Below, in pieces: positions 37,725-47,140 of a stretch of DNA of 64,000 bases; the stretch's first letter is position 1; each line of letters starts with the position of its first letter. The stretch lies in assembly GCA_963790025.1 (NCBI GenBank), contig CAWBMP010000003.1, forward strand, positions 192,001 through 256,000. The letters are read 5' to 3'. Both the position numbers and the translations under genes were made by a program. The notes beneath the pieces are model-generated. The model was not told where the DNA came from and made no database searches. It saw only the letters and a program-made list of their open reading frames with translations. The DNA comes from Nitrospirota bacterium (lineage in GTDB: Bacteria > Nitrospirota > Thermodesulfovibrionia > Thermodesulfovibrionales > Dissulfurispiraceae).

Positions 37725-38366
37725 TTACTTTGGAACGAATACGCCATGCCTGTCGAGTATCTTCCTGAACTCCGTATTCTTCCGGATATTGTTTAGATCG
37801 GGATCCGTGCGCAGATAATCGTAATCTTTGAAACCAAGCACAAGGGCCTTGTCAAGGTATTCGAGGGCGGGCGCGGACTGCTTCTGAAGGGCATAGAGTG
37901 CAGCAGTATTATAGTACGTAATCGGGTTGTGGGGATTAATTGCCAAAGCCTTGTTAAGGTCATCCTTCGCCTTGTCGAACTTGTTCTGCCGTATGTATGC
38001 CGCGGCCCTGTCGTTATAAGCCATAACGTACTGCGGATATTGTGCGATTGCTTCAGTGAATTCCCTGATTGCAATATCGTACTCGTGAGAACGCACATGT
38101 CCTATCCCATTCTGCACATTCCGCAGCGCCTCCTGCGGAATCGCCTCCGGTACATTGCTCCCCTTCTCCGCCGGTGCGGACGGCCGTGCAAGTGAGGAAG
38201 GGGCAGGTACTTTCGGTTGAGTTTTATTGCATCCTGACGAAAGAAACGCGGACTCCAGAAGTGCAGCAGTGACAAGCATAACGGTTGCCGCGTTACGTAT
38301 TCCAAGCATGTATTGCTCCTCCTTGCATATTGTTTTTCGGGAACGCGCATCCATCGCTATCTTCAT
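37725..38366 (-). CDS. TPR-repeat (lipo)protein
   Basis: LSSGC possible lipobox; TPR units; LGFKDYDYLRTDPDLNNIR C-terminal cap. Confidence 0.8.
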   Translation of the reverse strand: MKIAMDARSRKTICKEEQYMLGIRNAATVMLVTAALLESAFLSSGCNKTQPKVPAPSSLARPSAPAEKGSNVPEAIPQEALRNVQNGIGHVRSHEYDIAIREFTEAIAQYPQYVMAYNDRAAAYIRQNKFDKAKDDLNKALAINPHNPITYYNTAALYALQKQSAPALEYLDKALVLGFKDYDYLRTDPDLNNIRKNTEFRKILDRHGVFVPK

Positions 38367-38683
38367 GGCTTGTCCTTCGATTCAAGCACAAACTTGTAAA
38401 GGGAGCGGCAGTTCTCCAGCCTTTTCAGATATACCTTTTTTGTAATTTCGTCCTGCTTTTCGATAACCGGCCTCAACCTGTCACACCTTTCCACCAACTG
38501 TGTCAACTGTTCCTTTGTCATGTCCATAGCGTCATCGGTCTGTGAGCATACGGCCTCAAATTCCTTCAGCCATGCATCTTCCGGGCGGGCAATACCGGGA
38601 CACAGCAAGGCAGCCGTCAGACTTATGGCCAGCAATATGAGACCGATTGTCCAGGCTGCCTCACTATCCTTCGCTGCCTTCAT
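38363..38683 (-). CDS. Small secreted Cys-containing helical protein
   Basis: Signal-like segment; WLKEFEAVCSQT, LVERCDRL, LENCRSLY; ATGA-coupled to both neighbours. Confidence 0.7.
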   Translation of the reverse strand: MKAAKDSEAAWTIGLILLAISLTAALLCPGIARPEDAWLKEFEAVCSQTDDAMDMTKEQLTQLVERCDRLRPVIEKQDEITKKVYLKRLENCRSLYKFVLESKDKP

Positions 38684-39519
38684 CTCTTCACTCCTTGTTC
38701 GGGTTGCTGTTCAGACGTTTCTTCAACTGGTTTTGAATGGCATCTCTGACAATCAAGCAATGGAAAAGCGACCTTCCCATGGCATACGCCACAGTATTTG
38801 CCCTCAAATATCTCCGGCATGGAGTACTTGGTCAACCCTTTTTTAACTCCTGCGAATATCTCCGGATGGCACAATTCACAACCGTTCCAGACAATATGTT
38901 TCTTGTGTGAAAAAATGATCTGAGGCATGCCCTGGACCTTGGGGTCGAGGGAAAAATCTTTCTGGATTTTGAGCGGCGGTCTCTTCACTGATATTCCCGG
39001 CAGAAAACCAATTGGTTTGATTAACCCATCAGCTTCAGCTTTTTCCCAGTTTATACCGTTACCGAACCGTTCCTTAGGCAGGTTCTCGGCAAACTTGTTG
39101 AAGTCGTATTCTTTTTTTACGTCTTTGCCCAGGGAATGGCATCTCTCACACCTGTTGATATCTTTATGACCATATTCCTTTGAACATGCCTCGAAGACCT
39201 TCCTGTCCCGCCACTGCATTCTCCCATTATGGCAAGAGCCGCAATAATAGCCTTTCATGTTGTCTTCTGCCCTGATGCCTGTTTCACCGGCCTTCATCGC
39301 AAACGCGATGTCAACATGGCAGAGCCTGCAGGTGAAATTGGACCTGTGAAGCCAGTGGTCAAATACTACAGGGGCCAGATAGGCCTTGACCGAGTAGTTG
39401 TTTATTACCACTCTTCCGTATTCGTAAGGCAAGGGTCTTCTTTTCTTGACGCCTGACTGGGCCAATGCCAGTCCAACAAAAACCAGGCTAAGCACAATCA
39501 TAAAGAACAATTTCTTCAT
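38680..39519 (-). CDS. Hexaheme cytochrome with two c7-type triheme domains (paralog of 36874..37662)
   Basis: FDHWLH..CRLCH, CGSCH, CERCH; FSHKKH..CELCH, CGVCH, CQRCH. Confidence 0.9.
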   Translation of the reverse strand: MKKLFFMIVLSLVFVGLALAQSGVKKRRPLPYEYGRVVINNYSVKAYLAPVVFDHWLHRSNFTCRLCHVDIAFAMKAGETGIRAEDNMKGYYCGSCHNGRMQWRDRKVFEACSKEYGHKDINRCERCHSLGKDVKKEYDFNKFAENLPKERFGNGINWEKAEADGLIKPIGFLPGISVKRPPLKIQKDFSLDPKVQGMPQIIFSHKKHIVWNGCELCHPEIFAGVKKGLTKYSMPEIFEGKYCGVCHGKVAFPLLDCQRCHSKPVEETSEQQPEQGVKR

Positions 39520-39645
39520 TCAGTCCCTCCTCAATGCAAAGGCCTCGTTTGACATCGCCGGCATTCATTAATCCCTAATTATGGAATTCTAACACATTAT
39601 ACGTCGCTAAACAATTCTGTTGTCTCACCGAAGGATTGAAGGACA

Positions 39646-41022
39646 TTATTCGAGGCTGAATTTCTTGATTTGATAACGAAGACTATCGTAGCTGACGCCC
39701 AGCAATTTTGCTGCCGCTGTCTTGTTCCCGCTTGTCTTCTTCAGTGCCTGGCTGGTAAGGTTTTTCTCCAGTTCTTCAAGGTCTATGCCTTTATCGGGAA
39801 GCACGAATTCTTCGGAAAAGGCCGCAGCAGGATTTGGCTGCTGGATTATCTCTTTGGGGAGATGCTCCGGCAATATCACATCCGTGCTCTCAAGCACGAC
39901 AATTCGTTCTATAGTATTCCTGAGTTCCCGCACATTCCCGGGCCACCGGTAAGAAACCATGAGTCTTTCCGTTTCCGGGGAAAAACCCGATAACATTGTT
40001 TTGTTGTACTTTGCAGAAAGACGGGAGAGATAATATCTGGCCAGCAGAAGTATGTCCTCCCCTCTGTCCCTCAGTGAAGGCAAATGCATCGAAAAAGCGT
40101 TCAATCTGTAAAAAAGGTCCAGTCGAAATTCTCCCCGATCGACAGCGTCCTGAAGGTCCTTGTTGGTCGTCGATATAATGACGACATCGATCGGGAGTTC
40201 GTCCTTGCCGCCGACACGGCGTACCGATCTTTCCTCGATGACTCTCAGCAATTTGCTCTGGAGGGAAATTTTCATCTCTCCTATTTCATCTAACAGTATC
40301 GATCCTCCGTCAGCAGTCTCGAAAAGGCCTTTTTTGTCCGTTACAGCATTCGTAAAGGCCCCCTTCTCGGAACCAAAGAGCTCGGCTTCGAGGAGAGTTT
40401 CGGGCAAAGCTGCGCAATTGACGCGTACAAAAGGTGAATAAGCTTCATTGCTGTGCATCTGGCGATGAATATACCGTGCAACGAGTTCCTTGCCCGTACC
40501 GCTCTCTCCGGTGATCAGAATAGTCGGTACATGTGCCTCTATGAGCTTCCCTGCCTTTGCCTTCAATTCCTGCATACATGTCGAATTGCCGATTATCTCT
40601 TTTTCGAACAGTTCGTGATTGACCTTTCTAAGGTAATTGACCTCGTGCCTGAGCCTGATTTTATCCATAGTGTTGCCGATTACGATTTTCACCTCATCCA
40701 TACTGAAGGGTTTGGTGATATAGTCGGCAGCACCCAGTTTCATCGCCTTGACAGCGGTTTCGGCTGTTTCGTCTGCCGTGAGCATCACGACCTCGGCAGA
40801 TAGCTTCGCTTTCACTTCCTGGAGCATATCTATTCCGTTCAGTCCAGGCATATTGATATCGAGCATAATAATATCCGGGACGCGGGAGCTTATTTGGGCC
40901 ATCACATCCCTGGAACCCGTGTCGGAATAGACTTCATATCCGTCTCCCTTAAGCGCCCTCGACAGCATCATGACAATGAGTTCATCATCATCTACAAGAA
41001 AAATCTTTCCCTTCCTCTTCAT
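39646..41022 (-). CDS. Sigma-54-dependent response regulator (NtrC family: REC-AAA-HTH)
   Basis: LVDDD, GESGTGKE, NCAAL, ELFGSEKGAFTNA, LLDEIGEM, WPGNVREL, C-terminal Fis-type HTH. Confidence 0.95.
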   Translation of the reverse strand: MKRKGKIFLVDDDELIVMMLSRALKGDGYEVYSDTGSRDVMAQISSRVPDIIMLDINMPGLNGIDMLQEVKAKLSAEVVMLTADETAETAVKAMKLGAADYITKPFSMDEVKIVIGNTMDKIRLRHEVNYLRKVNHELFEKEIIGNSTCMQELKAKAGKLIEAHVPTILITGESGTGKELVARYIHRQMHSNEAYSPFVRVNCAALPETLLEAELFGSEKGAFTNAVTDKKGLFETADGGSILLDEIGEMKISLQSKLLRVIEERSVRRVGGKDELPIDVVIISTTNKDLQDAVDRGEFRLDLFYRLNAFSMHLPSLRDRGEDILLLARYYLSRLSAKYNKTMLSGFSPETERLMVSYRWPGNVRELRNTIERIVVLESTDVILPEHLPKEIIQQPNPAAAFSEEFVLPDKGIDLEELEKNLTSQALKKTSGNKTAAAKLLGVSYDSLRYQIKKFSLE

Positions 41023-43220
41023 GTCCCAACCTGTATGTAATGCCCGACGGGAATCCTGATAGTAAAGGCAGTGCCGCCGTCAGGCATGTTGTTAACCGTT
41101 ATCGTGCCTCGATGTTCTTCAATAAGCCGTTTGGAGATCGCCAATCCCATGCCCGTGCCTTTTGCTTTTGTCGTAAAAAAAGGCTGGAAAACCCTGTTCA
41201 TCGCATAAGCATCTATGCCCTTGCCGCTATCTGCAACTTCTATTTTGACTGAAGAAGCCCCCTTTTCATAACTTGTTCTTATTGTAAGCGTGCCGCCATT
41301 GGGCATCGCCTCGACCGCATTCAGAAATAAATTAACAAACACTTGCTTCATCTGCATGCCGTCCACAAGCACGGGCGGCAGGCCGTCTTCGAAATCCCTG
41401 ACAACGGCTATCCCCGATCGGGACGCCATACTGGCCTTGTCCACTGAAAGCTCCAGGGTAGCATCAAGTAAAGAGTTGATATCGACCATACCAAACTGCG
41501 GTTTAGGAGGTCGCGCAAAATTGAGCAGGTCCTTGAGCAGCATTTCTATCCGGCGAATCTCATTGATAACTTTCAAAAGTATCTCGTTTCCATCCTCCGA
41601 ACAGGCGCCCTCTGCATGCATCACCTCCATAGACGACTTAATGCCGGCAAGGGGATTTTTTATCTCATGGGCAAGGCCGACCGCAATTTCGGCGACTGCC
41701 TTCATCTGCTCTGCCCGCTGGAGCATTATCTCGGTCTTCCTCCGCTCTGTGATATCGTGAGTCACCGATATAATGCACCGCATCCCGCTATAGTCGATGG
41801 CTTGCGAGGACCTCAACATAGTCAGGACATTGCCTGATCGCATACGAAGATGGACTTCCTTGTTCCATACTGCTCCCTCCTTCACCAATAGAGTCACCAT
41901 TTCTTCACGCTCGCTGGGATCAGCCCAGATGCCCAACTCCTTTGAAGTTCGTCCTATAACCTCTTCTCTGCTGAAGCCGCTGATCCGCATGAAAGCGTCG
42001 TTTACCTCTATGTACCGTCCCTCATCAATAGTGCTGATCGTAATCCAGTCAGGGCTGGCCCGGAATGCCTTCGAAAATTTTTCCTCAGACAGGCGCAAGG
42101 CCTTTTCCACCTCCTTGCGCTGAGTGATGTCCCGGTCAAAAGCGAGAACATATTTATGCTCGTCAAGCTCAAGCAAGCCAGCACTGATTTCAACAGGGAA
42201 AACAGTGCCATCTTTCCTGACATGGGCTATTTCTTCGTTGATCCATTCTCCCCTGAGCATTCTCGCGATACGGTCAGGCATTTCCCTGGCCACATCAGGG
42301 GTGTCAAGGTCACCCATGCTCATACCCACTAATTCCTCTACGGCATACCCATGCATACTTGTGGCCGCCTTATTTGCGGCCACTATCCGCCCGGCATTCT
42401 CGCCTGTCTCGATTATAAAAATCGCATCATTGGCGCTTTCAAAGAGCATACGGTAGCGTTTCTCGCTCTCTTCCACTTTCTTCATATGGGTGGTGAGAGC
42501 ACCTGCCATTTCATTAAAGGAATCGGCAAGCTCTCCGAACTCGTCCTTCAAGGGCTCTATCCGGTAGTCCAGATTGCCGCCCTTCAGTTTTCTGGTTGCG
42601 TCAAGCAATGCCCTGATCGGTCTGGTAAACCCCTTTATAAAGATAAATGCCAAACAAAAGGCGAGCATGGGACTCAGTGCGGCAAGCGTATAAAGAACAT
42701 TCCTTGTGTGTTGAATGCTTATAACAGACTTGTCCGTCTCCTTTTGAAGACTGCTGGTAGCCAGGGCAATCATAGAGTTGACCTTGCCCACCAATTCTTC
42801 ACCTATTTTGTAGGTATTGTCCTCCTCCCTGTCCAGCCTGCCGACGTCTGCCCGCATAGTCAGCACCCGGCTCAGGGCATTTTTATACAGTCCGATCTGT
42901 TGTTCCATGTCCCGCAGCCTCTTAGTCACCACTTCCGTGTGATGGCAGCTAAAACATTTCTGGGATACCTGGTCCATATGCTGCACATCATTTACAAAGG
43001 TATCAACGGTCCTGGCATAACGGGTATTTTTCAAATTTAGATCAGCCTGCACCTTCCTGATTTCTATCAACAGGTGCTCCCTCAGGATTTCGACCTGATG
43101 AAGCAGGATCAGCCGGTCGAGCAACGCTGTCCCCTTGCTGATAGAAAAGACTATATATATTCCTCCGAGACAAAAAATCATTGCGAAGCAAGTGAGGCCT
43201 ATAACAATTCGTTTTTTCAT
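41019..43220 (-). CDS. Sensor histidine kinase with periplasmic heme-c motif, HAMP and two PAS domains
   Basis: CFSCH between two TMs; LAHEIKNPL H-box; NLFLNAVEAM, DSGKG, PFFTTKAKGTGMGL. Confidence 0.9.
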   Translation of the reverse strand: MKKRIVIGLTCFAMIFCLGGIYIVFSISKGTALLDRLILLHQVEILREHLLIEIRKVQADLNLKNTRYARTVDTFVNDVQHMDQVSQKCFSCHHTEVVTKRLRDMEQQIGLYKNALSRVLTMRADVGRLDREEDNTYKIGEELVGKVNSMIALATSSLQKETDKSVISIQHTRNVLYTLAALSPMLAFCLAFIFIKGFTRPIRALLDATRKLKGGNLDYRIEPLKDEFGELADSFNEMAGALTTHMKKVEESEKRYRMLFESANDAIFIIETGENAGRIVAANKAATSMHGYAVEELVGMSMGDLDTPDVAREMPDRIARMLRGEWINEEIAHVRKDGTVFPVEISAGLLELDEHKYVLAFDRDITQRKEVEKALRLSEEKFSKAFRASPDWITISTIDEGRYIEVNDAFMRISGFSREEVIGRTSKELGIWADPSEREEMVTLLVKEGAVWNKEVHLRMRSGNVLTMLRSSQAIDYSGMRCIISVTHDITERRKTEIMLQRAEQMKAVAEIAVGLAHEIKNPLAGIKSSMEVMHAEGACSEDGNEILLKVINEIRRIEMLLKDLLNFARPPKPQFGMVDINSLLDATLELSVDKASMASRSGIAVVRDFEDGLPPVLVDGMQMKQVFVNLFLNAVEAMPNGGTLTIRTSYEKGASSVKIEVADSGKGIDAYAMNRVFQPFFTTKAKGTGMGLAISKRLIEEHRGTITVNNMPDGGTAFTIRIPVGHYIQVGT

Positions 43221-44128
43221 TTCTTGCCAGCGTAGTCGAAGGTCTGAACGTCAATGCCGAGTTCCCGGGCATATTCGTAAACCGCTTTATAATCATGGTC
43301 GGTAGTTTCGATAAACCTTCTCGCTCCGAACTGCTCGAGAACGTTCTGTCCTTCCGGATCCTTGTACATATCAAGCAATACCTGCTTGAGTTTTTTCTTA
43401 AGTGTTACGTCAAGTCCCTTTCTGACGGCAAGGCCGCTTTCAGGCACCTCGGCAGATCTTTCAAGAATATCCAGTTCGTTCTTTATGCGGCTGTCAGTGG
43501 TTTCAACTTTCTCTAAAACAGTGGTCTTGGTAGCGCCGATATCAGCCTTCCTGGTCAGCACATCATAAATTGCGTCTGTATAAGTTCCAGTGAAGTAACC
43601 CTCTTTCAGGTATGCCGTGTAGTCCTCTACACCCATTTTTTTGAAATATACCAGAGGCAACAAGTATCCACCAGTCGTTGCTCTGTCCACAAAGGCAAAA
43701 CGTTTACCTTTCATGTCCTTTATCGATTTAATTCCGCTGTCCCTTCGCACAATAATAAGACCGCGATACGTAGACCTGCCGCTGAGGTCCTCGGCGCGCA
43801 CCAGGACCTCAGCGCCTTCTCTTGCGTGAACAAGCACATAGCTGAAACTCCCCAAAAAAGCCCCGTCAACTTCGGAAGCGCGAAAATTATCGATTATGCT
43901 GCCATAATGGGGCACTACCCGCCAGCGGATCGGCCTGCCGATCCGGGCAGAAAGATAGTCAGAAAGTTGCTGGTACCGGTCCATCTGGGTGAAGATGTTT
44001 TGCTCCGGAATAAGTCCGATAACGATCTCCGGACCTGGCGATACCTTCTTTGCAGAAATATCTTCCCCTTTTTTGCACCCAGGAAGGGCAGAGAGAATGA
44101 GACAAAGAATAATGATTAATTTTCTCAT
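43217..44128 (-). CDS. PhnD-family periplasmic substrate-binding lipoprotein
   Basis: Start MRKLIIILCLILSALPGC at 44128 (ATGA overlap with upstream stop); IGLIPEQ, YRGLIIVRRDSGI, KRFAFVDRATTGGYLLP. Confidence 0.85.
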   Translation of the reverse strand: MRKLIIILCLILSALPGCKKGEDISAKKVSPGPEIVIGLIPEQNIFTQMDRYQQLSDYLSARIGRPIRWRVVPHYGSIIDNFRASEVDGAFLGSFSYVLVHAREGAEVLVRAEDLSGRSTYRGLIIVRRDSGIKSIKDMKGKRFAFVDRATTGGYLLPLVYFKKMGVEDYTAYLKEGYFTGTYTDAIYDVLTRKADIGATKTTVLEKVETTDSRIKNELDILERSAEVPESGLAVRKGLDVTLKKKLKQVLLDMYKDPEGQNVLEQFGARRFIETTDHDYKAVYEYARELGIDVQTFDYAGKK

Positions 44129-44952
44129 TTTACCATCACGAGCCTGAACCCGAGTGCATGATGGCCGAAATCCGGCGTCAGTGGAACGCGATGAGAAACC
44201 CTCACACCCAAAGGCCCGTTGCTCCAGCCGCCGCCCCGCATGACGCGATACTCGCCGGGACCCTCGTACACCGGGTTGTACTTCGGAAGCTTGGTATATG
44301 CTTGTCTGTTGTATACGTCCTCCACCCACTGCCAGACATTGCCGAGCATGTCGTAAAGCCCGTAGCCGTTCGGCAGAAAACTGCCGACAGGAGAAGAAAC
44401 AAGAAACTTGTCATCACAGTTGAAGATAGTCCACTTTTTCCAGCGTGTCTTTGCGCTCAGATCAGCCACATTTGCATATTTACAGGCATCATCAGGGTTG
44501 TTCCCCCAGAAATATATAGTCTTTGTTCCGGCACGCGCGGCATACTCCCACTCGGCCTCGGTCGGCAGCCTGTAAGTCCGCCCGCTTTTTTGTGACAGCC
44601 ATTCGGCATAAGCCACTGCATCCTCCCAGGTAACATTCACAACCGGCTGCCTGTCATCATTCAGTGACATACCCTCAAATTTTCCACTATTGTGATCCGG
44701 CCTGAATTTTCTGAACTGCTCATTTGTAACATCGTTCTTACAAATGTAAAAATCATTGACGCATACCTCATGAAGCGGCCTGTCGTTGCTGTCACCGGCC
44801 GGGTCTCCCATTTGATAACAGCCCCCTTTAATAAAAATAAACTCCATTCCTGTGACAGCATTTGTAACCGGGGGTTCAGCATCGGCAGCGGCAGAAAATA
44901 CATGCACGGCAAGGACAAGCACAAAAGCAACCAATGGAGTTTTTAAGGCCAT
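44125..44952 (-). CDS. Secreted formylglycine-generating-enzyme (FGE/SUMF1) domain protein
   Basis: PVVNVTWEDA, YRLPTEAEWEYAARAG, NGYGLYDMLGNVWQW, RVMRGGGW, GFRLV. Confidence 0.9.
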   Translation of the reverse strand: MALKTPLVAFVLVLAVHVFSAAADAEPPVTNAVTGMEFIFIKGGCYQMGDPAGDSNDRPLHEVCVNDFYICKNDVTNEQFRKFRPDHNSGKFEGMSLNDDRQPVVNVTWEDAVAYAEWLSQKSGRTYRLPTEAEWEYAARAGTKTIYFWGNNPDDACKYANVADLSAKTRWKKWTIFNCDDKFLVSSPVGSFLPNGYGLYDMLGNVWQWVEDVYNRQAYTKLPKYNPVYEGPGEYRVMRGGGWSNGPLGVRVSHRVPLTPDFGHHALGFRLVMVK

Positions 44953-45016
44953 CTCACGCCTCCTCCCTTGACCCGCAAATTACATACATCAACATACAAA
45001 CCTCTTGACCGTAATG

Positions 45017-46018
45017 TCACAGCGGCAAATAAGCCCTGGGATTCAAATCCAGTCCTGCAATGTCGCCTGCAATATAATGATGATATCCGGCAGATGCGAT
45101 CATCGCGGCATTGTCCGTGCAAAGATCAAGTGAGGGCAGAAAAACCCTGGCCTCCCTTTCATCAGCCATCTCTTTGATCTTCTTCCTGAGCCACGAGTTG
45201 GCGGCAACTCCACCTGACAACACTATGTTACGGATGCCTGTTTTTGCTATGGCCCATCGCACCTTTCTCACAAGCACATCCACTACTGCCGACTGAAAAG
45301 AAGCAGCGATATCAGCCAGAAAACCGTGGTCTCCCAGCATTGCAACGTTCTTCCCGACAACCAGTTTTACTGCTGTCTTGAGACCGCTGAAGCTGAAATC
45401 AAATGATTCTGGCATATATGCACGCGGAAAGTCGAACGCTGCGGTATTTCCCTGACGTGCCAATACGTCTATAAGAGGTCCACCCGGATAACCCAGTCCC
45501 AGGAGCTTTGAAACCTTGTCATAAGCCTCTCCCGCCGCATCATCTCTGGTTCTGCCCAGTTCTTCATATTGACCGAAATCCCGGATAACATATAGGCTTG
45601 TATGTCCCCCTGACGCGATGAGCGACAAGAAAGGAAATCCAGGCTTCTTCTGTTCAAGAAAGGCTGAGAAGATGTGGCCTTCGAGATGGTTCACCGCAAC
45701 AAGAGGAATGTTTCGCGCATACCCCACAGCTTTTGCAAACCCGCACCCTACCAGCAGTGAACCAATCAGGCCGGGACCGCAGCATACTGCAATGGCGGCA
45801 ACTGCATCAAAAGAGATGTTTGCAGCGCCGATGGACTCATCGACTACAGGCCATATCATTTCGATATGCCTCCGTGAAGCCAGTTCAGGCACAATTCCCC
45901 CGTACTTTTGGTGTATCTCTGTCTGGGAAGAAACTATGGAAGACAGAACCAACTCACCATCGCTGACTACCGCAGCCGACGTATCGTCACAAGAAGTATC
46001 AATACCGAGAATGTTCAG
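45017..46018 (-). CDS. tsaD: tRNA N6-threonylcarbamoyltransferase TsaD
   Basis: Frame extends upstream of the ORF-track start to CTG-AAC-ATT-CTC-GGT-ATT-GAT-ACT-TCT-TGT-GAC-GAT (xNILGIDTSCDD); GGIVPELASRRH, NHLEGH, SGGHT, TDNAAMIA. Confidence 0.95.
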   Translation of the reverse strand: MNILGIDTSCDDTSAAVVSDGELVLSSIVSSQTEIHQKYGGIVPELASRRHIEMIWPVVDESIGAANISFDAVAAIAVCCGPGLIGSLLVGCGFAKAVGYARNIPLVAVNHLEGHIFSAFLEQKKPGFPFLSLIASGGHTSLYVIRDFGQYEELGRTRDDAAGEAYDKVSKLLGLGYPGGPLIDVLARQGNTAAFDFPRAYMPESFDFSFSGLKTAVKLVVGKNVAMLGDHGFLADIAASFQSAVVDVLVRKVRWAIAKTGIRNIVLSGGVAANSWLRKKIKEMADEREARVFLPSLDLCTDNAAMIASAGYHHYIAGDIAGLDLNPRAYLPL

Positions 46019-46021
46019 CCC

Positions 46022-47107
46022 CTATCCTCCTCCTCCATAAGAATGAAGGCCGCTTAGCAGCAAGTTGACGCCGAGGTACGTAAAGACCGTGCTGACAAAT
46101 CCAATAACGGCCATAACCGATATCTTTGTGCCCCTCCATCCCCTCAAAAATCTCGCATGGAGATAAAAAGCATATATAAACCAGGTTATCAGCGACCAGG
46201 TCTCCTTCGGGTCCCAACTCCAGTATTTACCCCAGGCCTGGTCAGCCCAGACAGCGCCAAAAATGAGACCGCCAAGGGTAAAAATCGGAAAGCCCACTGC
46301 AATGCACCTGTAAGTCAGATCATCCAGCAATTCAGGAGATATGGCAAGCGAGATTATTATTCGTCTGAGTATATGGCCGTATTTCCAGATTACGAAGATA
46401 AACGCAGCGACTGCGGCATAGCTAATGAACGATACCACTCCCGAACTATTCAGGAACGTCGCTTTGAATAAATAACTCTTTATGAAAGATTCGGGTGAGC
46501 CGGCAACCTTGAAGACGAAGAAATCAATGCCCATTGCAACAAGCACGGAAACAAATATGCCGAGGGTAATGGTCCAAAAAAGATAGGGAGCACTCTTCTT
46601 GTTATCTGCAGTAATGATCAGATACATCAATGCCATTGCAAAGGAAATAGCAAATGCTGCATAGGCGGTAAAACTCATAGTCACATGAGCCAAAAGCCAG
46701 TTGCTCTGAAGCGCCGGGATCAGGGGGTGTATGCTCTTATCCATCCCGGATATATCGATAAATGCCAGCGCCATTCCCGCAATCGGAGTTATAAAAGCAC
46801 CGAACGAGCGGTTCTTGTACTTCCATTCTATTACCAGATATCCAAGAATGAGGCACCAGACAAAGAATATCAGGGATTCATAGAGATTTGTAAGGGGAAT
46901 GGCCCTGAGTATCCCCATCCTGCCGATTTCATAAAATTCTTCCCAGCGCATGATGAATGCAATCGTATGCGACAAGAAGCCAACAGCTGTTATCGTTGTT
47001 GCGATAATACCTATGGCAGATTTTTTAAAAGCCAGGTACATGATATAGGCAACCATTGCAAGTATATATGCAATGCTGGCTATACCGAAAAATTGAGAAC
47101 TGTCCAT
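46022..47107 (-). CDS. ccsA: System II cytochrome c biogenesis protein CcsA/ResC
   Basis: PLTNLYESL, ALQSNWLLAHV, WADQAWGKYWSWDPKETW (WWD domain), YLH, GLHSY. Confidence 0.95.
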   Translation of the reverse strand: MDSSQFFGIASIAYILAMVAYIMYLAFKKSAIGIIATTITAVGFLSHTIAFIMRWEEFYEIGRMGILRAIPLTNLYESLIFFVWCLILGYLVIEWKYKNRSFGAFITPIAGMALAFIDISGMDKSIHPLIPALQSNWLLAHVTMSFTAYAAFAISFAMALMYLIITADNKKSAPYLFWTITLGIFVSVLVAMGIDFFVFKVAGSPESFIKSYLFKATFLNSSGVVSFISYAAVAAFIFVIWKYGHILRRIIISLAISPELLDDLTYRCIAVGFPIFTLGGLIFGAVWADQAWGKYWSWDPKETWSLITWFIYAFYLHARFLRGWRGTKISVMAVIGFVSTVFTYLGVNLLLSGLHSYGGGG

Positions 47108-47140
47108 ATAAAACCTCCCTTAACCTCTTACCTTTTACCT

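Noticed and set aside
44129..44329. N-terminal extension of the PhnD ORF in the track (also the longer starts at 19048, 8260, 14133, 36078)
   Set aside because: They overlap upstream genes or lack an SD; internal ATGs with signal peptides, SDs or stop-start coupling are better starts.
45017..47107. Amber read-through giving a CcsA-TsaD fusion
   Set aside because: CcsA ends at its normal GLHSY terminus, there are no pyl genes in the window, and a well-spaced SD supports independent initiation.
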